DNA of 63,132 bases, the filler included, from Bigelowiella natans CCMP2755 (taxonomy: Eukaryota; Protista; Cercozoa), in assembly GCA_000320545.1 (NCBI GenBank). It is 3 parts of 3 records of this genome, joined end to end, with 100 filler letters (N's around TTAATTAATTAA, not from the genome) between each part and the next. Parts side by side here need not be neighbours in the genome. Positions count along the whole stretch, not along the records: positions 1 to 30,778 come from ADNK01002305.1; positions 30,879 to 50,735 come from ADNK01002495.1; 1 more part is not named here. The stretch is one strand, 5' to 3'. This document shows positions 29,110 through 42,063 of this stretch, in pieces. Each line of letters opens with the position of its first letter. Within the stretch, counting starts at the first letter, position 1. The notes under the pieces were generated by a model, which was not told the DNA's origin, ran no database searches, and saw nothing but the letters and a program-made list of their open reading frames with translations. Made by a program: the position numbers and the translations under genes.

Positions 29110-30778
29110 TGAAGAGTTGTGTTTATTTTTATTAAAGATTATATTTTTATTAAATCGTGCACTGCGTAATCATTCGCGAAGCTTTCGCGAATGCCGCCGC
29201 ACGTGGGGCAGCACACTTCCGGTGTGCTGCCATGAGTCCCGCCGGAACCCACGTGCCTATGCTGTATTAATATCTACGTTATCTATATTCTATATCCGCG
29301 ACAACCCCTTTGTTGTCGCACGTGACTTGTGCCCGCGTAGTGGTACGCGCTACACCTCCCCCAAGTCACGTTGCTCCTTCCTTCCTTCCTTATTCCCTTA
29401 GACCTTCATCGCTTTCGGAACTTCACCAACCACCAGGTAATAGATTCCTCTCTAACCTTATCTCCTTTGTCGCTTACCCAGAACTCACCTTCGTCCTTAG
29501 GTTCGTGTCCATACCAGCCCTCTGCATCAAGGTCCCCCAGGACCTTATACCAGTGCTCAAAGGGTAAGTCGGGAACAGCTAGGTAGAGTAGCTGATATTT
29601 TCCGTCCTTTATTTTCATAGCTACCCTCTCCATATTTCGTAATCCAGGGTAGCCTAGATAGACAATCTTCATGCGCCAATCGTCGTTCACCCTGACCTTA
29701 TTGTTTCCATATTCCACATCGAACTTAGGTCGGGGTCCTAAACAAGGCATTGCTCGCTCCCACACAGTAGGGTTTACTTTAACATCCTCTAGGAGCTTCT
29801 CACCGATATCATAATTCTTTAGGTGACTGATGTGGCGCAAGGTGACCCTGTTCCCATCATAGATGTAGTACTGCTTCCTCCCCTTCCTCTCGGTAACCTT
29901 TGCAACGCCACCCCAGAAGGGGTCTTGTTTATTTCTCGATCTCAGATTTACCTTGGCCCTAACATACTGTCCTTCCTTTAGAACTCGGCCATCGTACGGG
30001 ACCTTCTCGTCTTCGCTCTCGGTATCGTCGTCGTTGTCGTCGCCTTCTTCCCTCTCCTTATCCTTGATACCTCCCCCAGACGTGAAGGTGTCGTTTACTA
30101 ACCCTTGTATCTTGTCTGGTGTGGTGCTATTTATCCTGCTTAGGTTGGCCAAGGTGCGGTGGAGTCGCTCTACCTTGGAGTTGGACTGGGCATAGTATAC
30201 AGGTGAGGCATCAATATTAGGGTGTGGTAGCTGTAGAAGAGAGGTCTCATTATCCACATGTAACTTCTTTGGTATCTTGTTTATGCTAACTTCATCAGGG
30301 ATAGCCTGGAGCTCAGACTCCCAGGTACGGTAGCAGTTAGTAAGCCTCTGCTTATATAAGCCTTTGTTCTTCTTAGCAACGTTGACCTTGATAATCTTTT
30401 TAACCCAGCACTTTCCAGTGGCCACATCAACGAAGGTAAGGTAGTGATAGCCATCGTACTTATAAACATCAATTTGCACGATATCTAAGAAGTTCCTTGC
30501 TTTGATTTTCTTAGATGCACGGCTCTTGCTGGACTCCTTGGTGGCGACGCCTGCCGCCTTCAAGCTGGAGCACCTGCAGCCACGCAGGTATGTCCTTATC
30601 TCTTTTAGCTTGTAGGGCCAGTAGTAATGGTAGAGTAGAGCAGTGATATGGGTTTTCTCCTACGTGTGCAGGTCCATGGGCGGTAAAGAGAAAGGGCTCC
30701 CCTGGTCCGCCGTGGCACGTAGTACGCCTAACATTATTAGTGTATACATATATCCTATCACTAAGTACCTCATGCTTG
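29110..30778 (-). mobile_element. 3' end of a Ty3/Gypsy-like LTR retrotransposon (integrase, PPT, 3' LTR), truncated by the assembly gap
   Basis: Integrase is the last pol domain. A minus-strand polypurine tract GGGGGAGG (29355-29362) is followed directly by TGTAG (LTR start 29354). AATAAA signals and a possible CA end lie near 29110-29118. Confidence 0.85.
29406..30680 (-). CDS. Retroviral-type integrase (HHCC, DDE core, GPY/F-like module) with a C-terminal DNA N6-adenine methyltransferase-like domain
   Basis: HHCC: AHGPAHVG/EKT...YYWP...CRC, with a frameshift near 30658 at the contig end. Core: VQIDV, YLTFVDVATGK, LHVDNE, QSNSKVERLHRTL. GPY/F-like: KQDPFWGG...RHISHLK. C-terminus: DVKVNPTVWERAMPCLGPRPKFDV...DDWRMKIVYLGYPG...KIKD...LAVPDLPFEHWYKVL. 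Confidence 0.85.
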
Positions 30779-30878
30779 NNNNNNNNNNNNNNNNNNNNNN
30801 NNNNNNNNNNNNNNNNNNNNNNTTAATTAATTAANNNNNNNNNNNNNNNNNNNNNNNNNNNNNNNNNNNNNNNNNNNN
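30779..30878. other. Assembly gap/linker (44 N + TTAATTAATTAA + 44 N)
   Basis: Fixed 100-nt spacer with stops in all six frames; identical to the second gap. Confidence 0.98.
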
Positions 30879-31029
30879 TACCATTGATCATAATAAGTGA
30901 AAAGGAAGACGGGAAGGAAGGCAAGGGGTGGGGGGGATGAGAATACGGCTCAGGGAAAACTGTTAAAAGGACAAACCACGAGTTTATTTACCATCTCCCT
31001 TCTTCCCCCCCACCCCTCTTTATTCTTAC

Positions 31030-31391
31030 CCGTAGAATTCCGCCATTCGTTCGGGAGAGCTCCACTTTTGCCTCGCGCCTTCCCATCCAGGATCGTTATC
31101 TATGAGCCCTGCACGAGTGCATAATCGTACAGATTTAGAAAGAAAGAGAGGGGGGGGGGTAGGAATCAGGAGACGATAATAAGGAAATAGGATGAATCTA
31201 CAGCTGAAGTGCTATAGAGTGACAGCAGCGATTACAGATGATTATGGGAATGATGATGGTGTGAAGGCGAAGAAAATGTCAAGATATCGGGGAATTAGCG
31301 CCATTCATTGCGGATACAGAACCTTGAATGACGACAGGAATACTCGGCTTTACTACTTTTTCCTTATAGATAGTGGTAAACAACATTAGGG

Positions 31392-31433
<42 letters not shown>

Positions 31434-34241
31434 TATACATATATACGCTCAAACTTAAAGAGATAGTAGTAGTTCTTTTAAGAACTGCCAACACCTGGAA
31501 ATGCCTTGTATACAAAGGATCTGTGTGATTGATTCGAAAGACCGGCATATGAGGCACTCCCAATCGCCCCTAACACGTTCGCATTTATCAGAGCAAAACA
31601 ACGTGTCGATGCTACTTTGCGGCAGTGGTGACTGATTGATTGTCAATGACAACACGATCTTTTTACCATTCGGTCCCAAAAAGCCTTGTCATTGAAGAGC
31701 TCTCTATCACTGAGGAGGAGGAGGAGGAAGCAATACGAAGAGAGGTCAACACCATTCGCTCCCTTCTCTCAACCAGGAATCAGTTTGTTTTACGAAGAGG
31801 ACGAAGGTGGCAGCAGCAACACCTAGTTACTACTTACTGCTGCTACCTGTGGAGATGCTGGGGCAGGCCGGTAATCATCTGTAGCAATTGTTTATACCGG
31901 GAATCCAAGAGGTCGTCGAAGCTGAGGGGAGAAGAACGAACAACAAGAAGAAGATGAAATCAAAAGGGAAGATAGTTTGGGCGATAGCACATGTGTAGGA
32001 TGATAATAGTGTGCACGTTGGTAGTGTCATCAACCTTCTTTTCGCCCGTGGCTGGTGCTTATCATCGACACCGCCCCTTTTCATTAAACGAGTTACACGA
32101 GCGCCAGAGTTAAATAAAAAGAATCGATCGGATTTCTCAAGAACTAGATAAGAGGGTTTCAGTTGAGAGCTACCTGGCGATGAGTTCCCTCGTGAGCTTT
32201 GGCGTATAGAACATTAAAACAGCAAGTCGTTTGTTAACGAAAGCATATCTGGGGGGGGAGGGGGTTGGGGGGAATAGAGATACATGATGAGTTCATCTAC
32301 CCGTTTCTTCTGACTCAGATCTAGGTCTGCAGCGAAGTTGCTGCCCATTGTTGTGAGGCTCTCGTCCAAAGCAGCTCCTGAGATGGCATGAGCTCCAACA
32401 GCCCTTTCTTTCCCCGAGGATAGCGCATTGCCAGAACCTTGTGGGTGGGGAGGCACAACGCCCCTGAGCACACTGCCCGGCACTGAGATTGAAATACGCA
32501 GAGAGAGGGTCGAAAATGAACAGGTTTCGGATACATGCTCCAGTAAGTTTGCGCTGTACCCCTCTCGTGAATCTGCAAGAACAATCCATAACAGAGGATG
32601 GCCAGGGCGGTTGAATGAAGCATCCGAGCGCGAACTGCTCGCCGTAACGTTTGCACGTCCATGCTGTCTTAATGATCACACGATGGAACCATGTTTCCTG
32701 ATAACGGAGGCTGGCTAGGAAGGCAGAAGGACGGCCGGGTACTCTCTGGATTCGCTGAGGGGTAGTGAATTAATGTTTGTGATTGCAATTTTTTGAAGGA
32801 CATCCTGATTAAAATATCTCGATATATTTATGGTTGAAACTACAATATCATCAGGATAAAAACATCATGGATGTATTTCAAATACAAATTACAATGAAAT
32901 CCGAATTACTAATAAAGTGGATATACTTTGGGTTAAAAAAAGACAGATTCAATAACATCTTAATCAAAAATATATGGATATCTCTCCAACAAAGAGATAA
33001 TAGATTGAATCAGTCGGAATTTAAATGCGGGGTATCGAATAGAGTCGGTAGGCACAGGAATTTCGTACTACGGGGCTCTAAAAAAGTACTCCCGATCAAT
33101 GGGCGAATCCACTCGGCGGTCCCAAGTGTCCGCCGCCGACCCCTGCAAACGACAGTCCTCTGATAGCCATGTGCATGAAGCACAGTCTTAGGTTTCCTGG
33201 TAGGATTTGACGCTTCACAATGGGCAATGCCACGCCTTGGAGAGCCAAGGGAGACACTGACTCGGCTCTTCGTCGTAGAGAGGATGATGAGTGTGGATGT
33301 AGGCTGGTTTTATGCCCTCAGAAGCCAGAGATCCTCGAATTGCTCGCGTCTTGGCATAGCCGGTTTCTTCCCTGCAAGCTGCTACGGTGAGTGGTGCAAA
33401 TGCTGCATGTAGCTGCGTCGTCCATTGCAAATAATTCGAACCACCTATTCACAATCTCCCCTTTTTGTTATCATCATCATTAGGTCAACGGAAGCGAAAA
33501 AGTGTAAGAACAAGAACGTGAGCTCCTGCCGTGTACGACCGCTGACGGTGTCTGCAAGTTCCAACGACATGTGGGTATGTGGGTTAGGTTAGGGATGGGA
33601 ATACTGAGCTTATGTTTCCTTGTTCTCAACGTGTGACCGACTTTATACTTTTATATTCCTTTCCCGTTGCTCGCCAGGTTTCCATGGACGAAATCCAACC
33701 TTATCAATTCTTGCAAAGAAACGAATGGCTTACTGAAACTCAAGGATTCTTGTCGACTGAGCTCGTACAGGAGCTCCGGGAAGTTGCCCAGAAAGGTCCT
33801 TGGAATCCTGTAGGAAAGGAAAGGTTACGCTTCTATCTACGAACCAGCAGAGCGCAATCCGTCTTGACGCGCGTTGAATTTTCGTAGGTATTCATTCGGG
33901 GACACCAAAGAAATTCCGCCAAGGTAGTGATAGGATATTGCATTGCGGATATTTATGAGCGAAAGCGTCATCCCTTCCCGCTTATTCCACGATATTATCC
34001 AGAGTCGCTCGTGCCCTACGGCGCAACGTGATGAGAGTGATAGTGAGCACATGGCCGGACGATTTTGACTTTGGCAGACACGATTCAGTACAGGTTAGCA
34101 GCTATGTAGGAGTTTGCCATAGAGAGGGAAGACGTGAAAACAGGCATACAGAGATGGAGAAATAGGGAACACAAATGAATAAAGAGCACGCGAAGATGGA
34201 AGACATGATCACTTACTGTTGCTATGTATATTTTTATATCG

Positions 34242-34284
<43 letters not shown>

Positions 34285-34591
34285 GCAAACATCAGATAAA
34301 AGGAGATTCATTCTTCCTTCGATATTACACTGGTGCTGCCACCCCCCCCGTCCATATGGACATTAGCGTGGATGCCGAAATAGGCCAACAGGTGATCGAA
34401 CATTGGAAGAAGAAGAAGTCGATGATGTCCTGCACATTCTTGTTACCAACTTCACGCCTCAATTCTAATTCTATCAGGTTGCCAACTGCATAATTTATTT
34501 GAGTGGAATCTCCGAAGTCGCGGGTCATATGAGTATATATTTTATCAGAGTCTCTCCTACCACCTCTGCCCATAAATATCTGCACTGCAAC

Positions 34592-34630
<39 letters not shown>

Positions 34631-35137
34631 ATAATAATAATTCTGTTTGCATGTAGATAATACATTTTGAAGAAAGTGTCGTCTTTTATTTAAGGAGGCG
34701 AGACTGTGCTTGGGTGCTTGCCTTCTTGCAGCAGCCGTAAATGTATCTGCAAAGGTGATTCTGGCGTGTACCGTGCGTATGCACATATGGATTTTTATTG
34801 CATTTCTATGTATAATCATTTTGACGTTACTATACAATTTGTATGACTGACGACGTTGCTGGTGTCTGCTATCCCCCCCCTCTCGCTACCTGGTCATTGC
34901 ATTATTTTAATGCAGTTTTTGAATTTAATTTAGAATAACCTATTTGTTGGCAGCAACCCACATTTCCATCTCCCCTGAGGCCGGAAAACTCGTCGTTTGG
35001 CGTACATATGATTCCCATGGCATTCTGAACCCGCTGGCTTTGCATACAGCCCTCCCGGTGGCCAAAGGAATCAAACTTGCTTTGTGTCTAAAAGTCCGGA
35101 GAAAAACGACCTAGCGTTTTGTCACAATCTTCCGCCA
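31030..35137 (-). CDS. Multi-exon gene of unknown function running into the gap
   Basis: Minus-strand segments with AG/GT boundaries translate openly: HRLLLLPMFDHLLAYFGIHANVHM, IPRTFLGNFPELLYELSRQESLSF, VIESSSMTRLLGPNGKKIVL...DWECLICRSFES, VRLCTRAGLIDNDPGWEGARQKWSSPERMAEFYG. No family recognised. Confidence 0.45.
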
Positions 35138-35269
35138 TGTGCATAGTAAATTCTCTCTTTCACGCGGGGATTTATTTTCGGGGAAAGAACGGCTAAAAGA
35201 GAGGTGTAAGTGTGTGTCGAGGAAGTTCGGCGGGTATAGCTATATTGCTCTGCGTGAGTTGCGCTCGTG

Positions 35270-35860
35270 GCGATTTGCATCGATCCATTGTACCTGCGAT
35301 CGATGACATAAAACACGCATGCATATGCGTGCACAAGATGTGTATCTTTCATCGATAGCTGCTTCGATCTGCATGAGTAGTTGTAACTAACAGTGCGATG
35401 CACACATCGAGCGCTATGCATTGATACAAAACATGCAGACATGTCGCCATGCTTCATGAAAGCTGTCGCTACTGCACATGTGCGGTCTAAGATGCATGCA
35501 CGTAGCATGCAGCTACTCATGACCAAGCATGCTAGCATGCACAAAACGGCAGCTCATTAAAAAAAAACGAAAAATCCATTTTTTTATTGCCCAAAAAGTC
35601 GTGAATGAAAATTGGCAATTTTTTCAAAAACAAAATTTGTTTGGATTGAAATTTTCATGAAGCATGTGTGTGCAGTTCAGCATGCCGGCGGACACAATGC
35701 GCCTGTTTCATTCAAGGGCTAACACTAATTTTTTTGGCCTGCATGCATGCTGCATGCTAGCATGCAGCTGAACCAAAAGTTCAAAAATGCCAGTACGTGT
35801 GACCAGTTTTGACTAGGTGTGCTAGATGTTGCATGACATCATCAACATACCTATGCTGCT
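35270..35860. other. TpA-depleted intergenic island, AT-rich, possibly a DNA-transposon relic
   Basis: No TpA between 35587 and 35719 despite AT-rich sequence; gcatgcatgc and gctagc words throughout. Confidence 0.8.
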
Positions 35861-36137
35861 ACAATGTAAAAATGAGCAGCAAGCTTAGTATGCCTAGATG
35901 TGCGCGTAACATTGTTATGTCCCAGTGTACAGATGACGATGCACTCATAATCAATTTTCCTGGGTTAATGCAATGAGTATTCCATTGCTTGCTGTACGAG
36001 ATAGATATTGAGGAAAAAATTGCCTATGGAAAACGAGAGAGGCAGGCAGGCTACTACGGCTCATAACTGCATGGTGTAACTAAACACGAGAAGCAACACT
36101 CCTTAAACTTTTATTCAGGGACTCAAATGGTGTCTCC

Positions 36138-36945
36138 TCAGGGAGCGAGCTCCACTATCGGAAGCGACTCTTCACTCTCAAGAGAAACCTTGTCAAGCAT
36201 CTCCAGCAAGTTGACGCACAAATCGTTCAGCTCTAAGGGATGTGACAGAAAACCACAAATAATTGGTGAGGAGGATATGAAGTGAAGAGAAAGCATCCAG
36301 AGGGCACTAATAGAACCAAACAGCAGCGACACTCACCAAATGCTAGAATGGCGTTGAATAGTACAATATATAAATGATGATCCTCCACTCAAACTCCTTC
36401 TTTTTACCAGCATCGAGGGGGGATAGATTCGCCTTATCCTGTACCGCACCAGCGTCGCTCTCGAGTCTTTCCTCGCACCAAATCTCCACTTGCTTGCTCA
36501 GATTGCTGGGCAGCCAAACATCAGAGATTGCCGCGCGATGACCACTTTCTGCTGCTGCAGCAGAAGATTTATTTTCCCCCTCCCCCCCGTGCTCACCGGT
36601 TGGTGGGGCCGGCTTTGTGACGGACAAATTAACGAGAATCTTGCAGATTATTACGGCGATCTCAGGTCGGTTTTTCCCGAACCTGCGTTCAACATCGTCG
36701 CATAAAAGAGTGAGATTCTGATTCAAGGGCATCTATCTATCGACGTCGAACTTAAACCACCAAAGGAATATCAAGCATTGTACACGCACACAATACACAC
36801 TACTACAACCACTACTACTACTACCACTACTACTACCACCTGTACAAACTCTCTACGATCTTGGCAAGGCCCTCGCACCCATTCGCATACAGAACTTGCC
36901 TGGAAGTGTGGTATCAAGGACATATGGTATATATTGAGGGAGGGG

Positions 36946-36983
<38 letters not shown>

Positions 36984-37891
36984 TTAAATATATCAGTCAA
37001 AACAAGACGAAGGGGGCGAAGATAGGGATAGGGGGGCGGTAGCCAGTTTCATATCAGAGTATATTTAATTATATGATATGTTGATGAAAAAGAAAAAGAT
37101 GATGATGATGATGATGATGATGATGATAGCCCTTTCGTAGTATATCCTACCGCGCATCGTAGTCAGTGGAAATGTTGAGGACAACACCAGCAGTAGCAAA
37201 GATGATATCATGGTCCGCATGGTCAAGAAGCACGCTCATCGTCTCATCAACGCGGCAGGAGCTACGTACGTATTTTAAGGCGGAAAAGAGAGGGGGAGAG
37301 AGGGGGGGGGGAGGCCGCGTCAGTAAGTCACAGCAGTATGAAGGGGTTATGAGTTTATTGGTTTTTTTTTTTTTTTCTGCAATGATCTTCCAAACGGCAA
37401 ATCCCTCTGTGGGTGAGGAATGTGGGGGTCCAGCAGTAACGTCACGCATGTCCTCCTCCTCCTCCTCCTCCTCCTCCTCCTCCCCCTTCTCTCTGACTCC
37501 CACGTATTTAGTACCTCATAAGCTTTCGAAATTCCTGATTCCGTGAGAAGTTTCCAAGGACCCTCACAGCCTGGAGGTCAAGGGGAGGAGGAGGAGGAGG
37601 AGGAGGAGGAGGAGGAGGCAACAACAACATATTCCTTAGTTTCATACAGGACAGCAGCAGTGGGTACTATTGTGTGTGTGTGTGTGTTTCTATATACCTC
37701 GTGCAGCATCTCGGTATTCGTTGAGAATAGCAATGGCATTAGGCATCCTAGTAACCTGCCAAAGAACAATAAGAACAATAAGAACAACAACAACAACAAC
37801 AACAACAACAAGAATAAACGGTCAAATGGATTTGTTCCTATCTTCTTCTTGACCTTTTTAAGGGAGGGGGGAGATCTTCCACCTCCTTGAT

Positions 37892-37927
<36 letters not shown>

Positions 37928-38958
37928 CCTCCCCAAACCAATGGAACATCACATAGTAACACTTCATATCTGCTGTTGAGCACACCCTCCACAACTGCAC
38001 TCTGAGTAGTCGCATTGCTAACTGTTACCACTACTAATACAGGTAGTACCGCTCTCCAATCTCGAGGCTGCGAAGAACTGCATCTGGGTGCTGGTAGTAG
38101 GAGATATTGGTGATGGCTGATATTACATTGAGCACGACTTCTTCGCTTATGTTAGGGTCTTTGCGTTCCAGCAACGTCACCAAATGGCCGATTTTGGGAT
38201 CCTTGCACAGTCGCAAGCCTATAATAGCAGCGGCAGCAACAAGAATAGAAATCATTTCACAATCATTTTCTGCTACGTTGGTCGTATGTTGCTGTTCTTC
38301 TCCATCAATTTTTGTCCCCATTCTTATTGGATGCACTGCTGCTTAGAATCATTATCATCATCATCATCGCTACCGATCTTTTCGTTGATGCTGACGTTGG
38401 CGAGCAACCGGACTACTTTCGTCAACAAGTTCTCAACCTAGATTATTATTATTATTATTATTATTATTATCATTATTATTATTTTGACCGTGAATCAGAC
38501 AAATAGAGAATGTGAAGAACGGCTTCATCTATATATCATTCCTACCCCACCTCAACAGAGAAGAGGAAAGAGCGTTTGATGAGAGGAGGGGGAAATCGGC
38601 ATAGGCGAATACAATCATATACCATAGGTAACCCCAAAAACGACACTCACGACGGACGATGATGATGATGATAATGATGATGATGATGATGGTAAAATGA
38701 GACAACATGAAATCAGCCATAGGATTACGCCGTAACAACAAGCCGCATCACCTACCTCGCCTGCCATTTTGTGCGTGGAGCTTATGTTCTTTGCAGAGGA
38801 AGAGGAGGAGGAGGAGGAGGAGGTGCTGTCGCCAGTGCTACTACTCCTCCTACTTCTGCTTCCGCTACTACTACTACCACTACTACTGCTACTACTACTA
38901 CTATTGTTACTATTACTACTACTGATGGTGGTTGCTTTACCACTTGAACTGCAGCTGT

Positions 38959-38989
<31 letters not shown>

Positions 38990-39218
38990 GTTGTTGCTGC
39001 TGCTGCTGCTTGTTGTTGCTCTTGTCGTGATTCTGCTACTGTTAGGAGCGCCCTCACTACTACCGCTGGCGGCCTTGTTTTCATCGGAAATGGTGTTGCT
39101 CTTGGCCTCTTCTTTGATTTTCTGCTCCGCTCGCTCGTCTTGTGCTATGATATCCTCTAATGTCCGTAGCAGCAAAGGGCACTTCGAGTCGTAGTCCTTG
39201 CAGATGGTCATCCTGGAC

Positions 39219-39254
<36 letters not shown>

Positions 39255-39800
39255 ACAAACATAGCGTTATAAAGCATTTAGTGATATATAAATTTATATC
39301 TTTCTTTCCCAATCACAACGATGCTTGAGAAATAATGATAATAAAGATGTTCGTCATCATCATGTCATTATCCTGTTCCACCATTAAGTAACAACAACGA
39401 GTACCTAACCAAACTACCTGTTTCTGTCGTTGGAAACAGTGAGGTTGCCCATGATAAAGCAAGCACGAATTCCCAGCACAACATTTCCTCTGTGCACATC
39501 GAGTATTCTACAAAGAGTAGATTTTGCGGGGGGGGGGGGGGAGTAGGGAGCCTTGAAGTAAGATAACAATGGATATTATCAAGATTACCTCGCAGTATCA
39601 CTATCGCTACTTGTTTGCAGGACCCCCCCCCCCCCCCCCCCCCTCTCTCTCTCTCATCTTCCTCCTCATTCTCATCAGTCTACCTGTAAACGGCTTCAAG
39701 ATGCTTTGAGTTTGAGCTCAGCTGGGACCGGCAAGCAGGGAAGAATGTCAACTGTGTTTGTTGTTGATGAGGAACAAAGATCAGATATATGGCATATGTG

Positions 39801-39831
<31 letters not shown>

Positions 39832-40460
39832 CATGAAGATGATGCTGAAAGGAGGTACTTCGAATCGACCAATGGCATAATCCATTATTCAGGGATTAAT
39901 AGGAATGAAGAACAACCCTACCACACTTCCATTTCCTTGTTACATAAACATGCAATCGCGATCAACAAACAACAACTAACGACAGACAGGCACCACAGTC
40001 GTAATAATCCGGTAGTAGTAGTAGTAGTAGTAGTAGGAGGAGGAGGAGGAGGAGGGGGAGGAGAAGGACGCAAGTACAGCAGGAGTCACCTTTGCCAGGA
40101 TACGACAAACGCCGAAAACAACGTGTTCTGACTCAGAATAGCTGACCCCGATAAAGAAGAAAAGAAGAAGTAGAAGAAGAAGAAGAGGTGCCATTGTAAT
40201 GGAGAAAGTAAGAGCCAACACACCACCAGCCGCCACACAACACAAAGACGGACGTCAGGATCATGAATTCTCTCCTCGCTGCAATTACTTAGATTGTCAC
40301 GAGCTACGATAGGAATCAGGACTAATATAGCTGCTCTTGCATCAACATCACAAGCCCCCGCAGAAATAAATACTACAGACATCAAGAGCTGCTCACCGTA
40401 TCAGCAAGTCACCCAGTAGGGACACCACAGCATGGTGTACAAAATCCTGCAATACCAGAA

Positions 40461-40497
<37 letters not shown>

Positions 40498-40989
40498 ACA
40501 GGAAGAGATGATGAAGGAATCTTAAGAGTCTCTTCTTATATCATCATCATCATTATCACCCATTTAGGAACTGACACCCTCTATACAATCAAATCATTTC
40601 TGAGATGGCAAGTCGGAAGAGGTGATTGATCCTCCTGCTACTACTGCCTCCCGCGCTACCTGGTTGTGGCTGCGGATGAGTGCAAGATTCCGGAGTATTG
40701 TTGTTATCTGCAACAGAGTCAACCAAGTGGCACATGCACGGATAAGGGGGTTGAAACGAGAAATTTGCAAAATCGGCGACTTGGGAATCTGCCGCGCCTC
40801 CCCGCCCCGCCCACCCAGCCGACCTCCTTAATAAGCTTGATTTCGCTGTTTCTGCTCGGAAGTTTTAGGGTGCTGAAGTTGGTTTGGTGGAGCATGCTCG
40901 CAAGGGTGGGGATGGCGTCGCAGCGCACCATCAGTCTGCAACGGTGAGGTAGCAGCAAGAGAAGTTGTGAGCGACTTCGCAGCAGTTTT

Positions 40990-41029
<40 letters not shown>

Positions 41030-41550
41030 CAGGCACAAAGAAGAAAATAGGGGAGGGAGAAGATGGGGGAGGGGGGGGGGAGGGGGATATAGTAATGATG
41101 TAGATGTGGCTGGATGGGTGTGTTCTGGATGGCTGCACGTGCTGGGATGTTTACATTAGTACACACCACCTTTGATTGTCTTCTTTTTGGGAAAGGTTGC
41201 GAAAGGCACTGGCAGGAGAGAGGGGGGGTAAAGAAAGAACAATGAGAAAATTTGAGCAGGAGGAGGAGGAGGAGGAGATAAGACGTGGGAGGGGGAGGAG
41301 AAGGATAGTGGGGGAGGAGACGGGCAACAGAGAAGCAACAGAGATCTTCCCTCCTGCTGCAGGAATTAGCAGATAGCTCTCACTTTATTCATAAGCACCA
41401 CATACTACTACTTCTACCCCAAAATAAAGCTGATGTGGCTGGCGGGTGCTAAATCGGGCTGCTTCAGAATCTTCTTCAGCTGCTTCAGCGCGAGTGGAAT
41501 CAACGTGTACTTGCGACACATCTACGTGATGTGGGTATGAGGAGTGTGAA

Positions 41551-41586
<36 letters not shown>

Positions 41587-41835
41587 GTGTAGAGAGAGAG
41601 AAGAGAGAGATTTCGGTGCATCGAGAAGAGCGCAAATAGTACTGGTACCTCATCAAAGTCCTGCCGGATGGAGTGTTCAAACTGCCGCTTAAGGCATTTG
41701 TACATCAACTTGTGATACCTGTCGTCAACCAAAAAGAATTTACATTGTTGCCGTCGCTATCATCTGCTGCTCTTTGTGTACTATATTTCTTCATCTTAAT
41801 CATAGCTGGATGTTGTATGCCAAAAAAGCGCACAC

Positions 41836-41875
<40 letters not shown>

Positions 41876-42032
41876 TATTTCAATTTGTCTGCAGTGAACG
41901 TGTCGTTCATCTATCCTCACGAGTAGTACTTGCTCTCTTCTCTCCCAGAATATTTGATTGGAAGCTTCAGCACAGCTTGGCATGCTTGAAGGCTCTCTGT
42001 ACCGCGACTTGCCTAGAAGCACGTCACCCAAT

Positions 42033-42063
<31 letters not shown>

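Noticed and set aside
30650-30778. Programmed frameshifts in the integrase zinc-finger region
   Set aside because: Several frame breaks cluster in the last ~130 nt before the gap with no slippery site; low-quality contig end or decay is more likely.
30823-30834. TTAATTAATTAA as a biological motif (also at 50780-50791)
   Set aside because: It is centred in identical 44-N flanks and is an artificial six-frame-stop linker, so adjacency across it is not guaranteed.
32428-33163. Pellino/FHA-like gene on the + strand (SSKFALYP, YHQDKNIMDVFQI)
   Set aside because: The short resemblance does not continue (no GR/STISRF motifs) and the splice signals favour a minus-strand gene.
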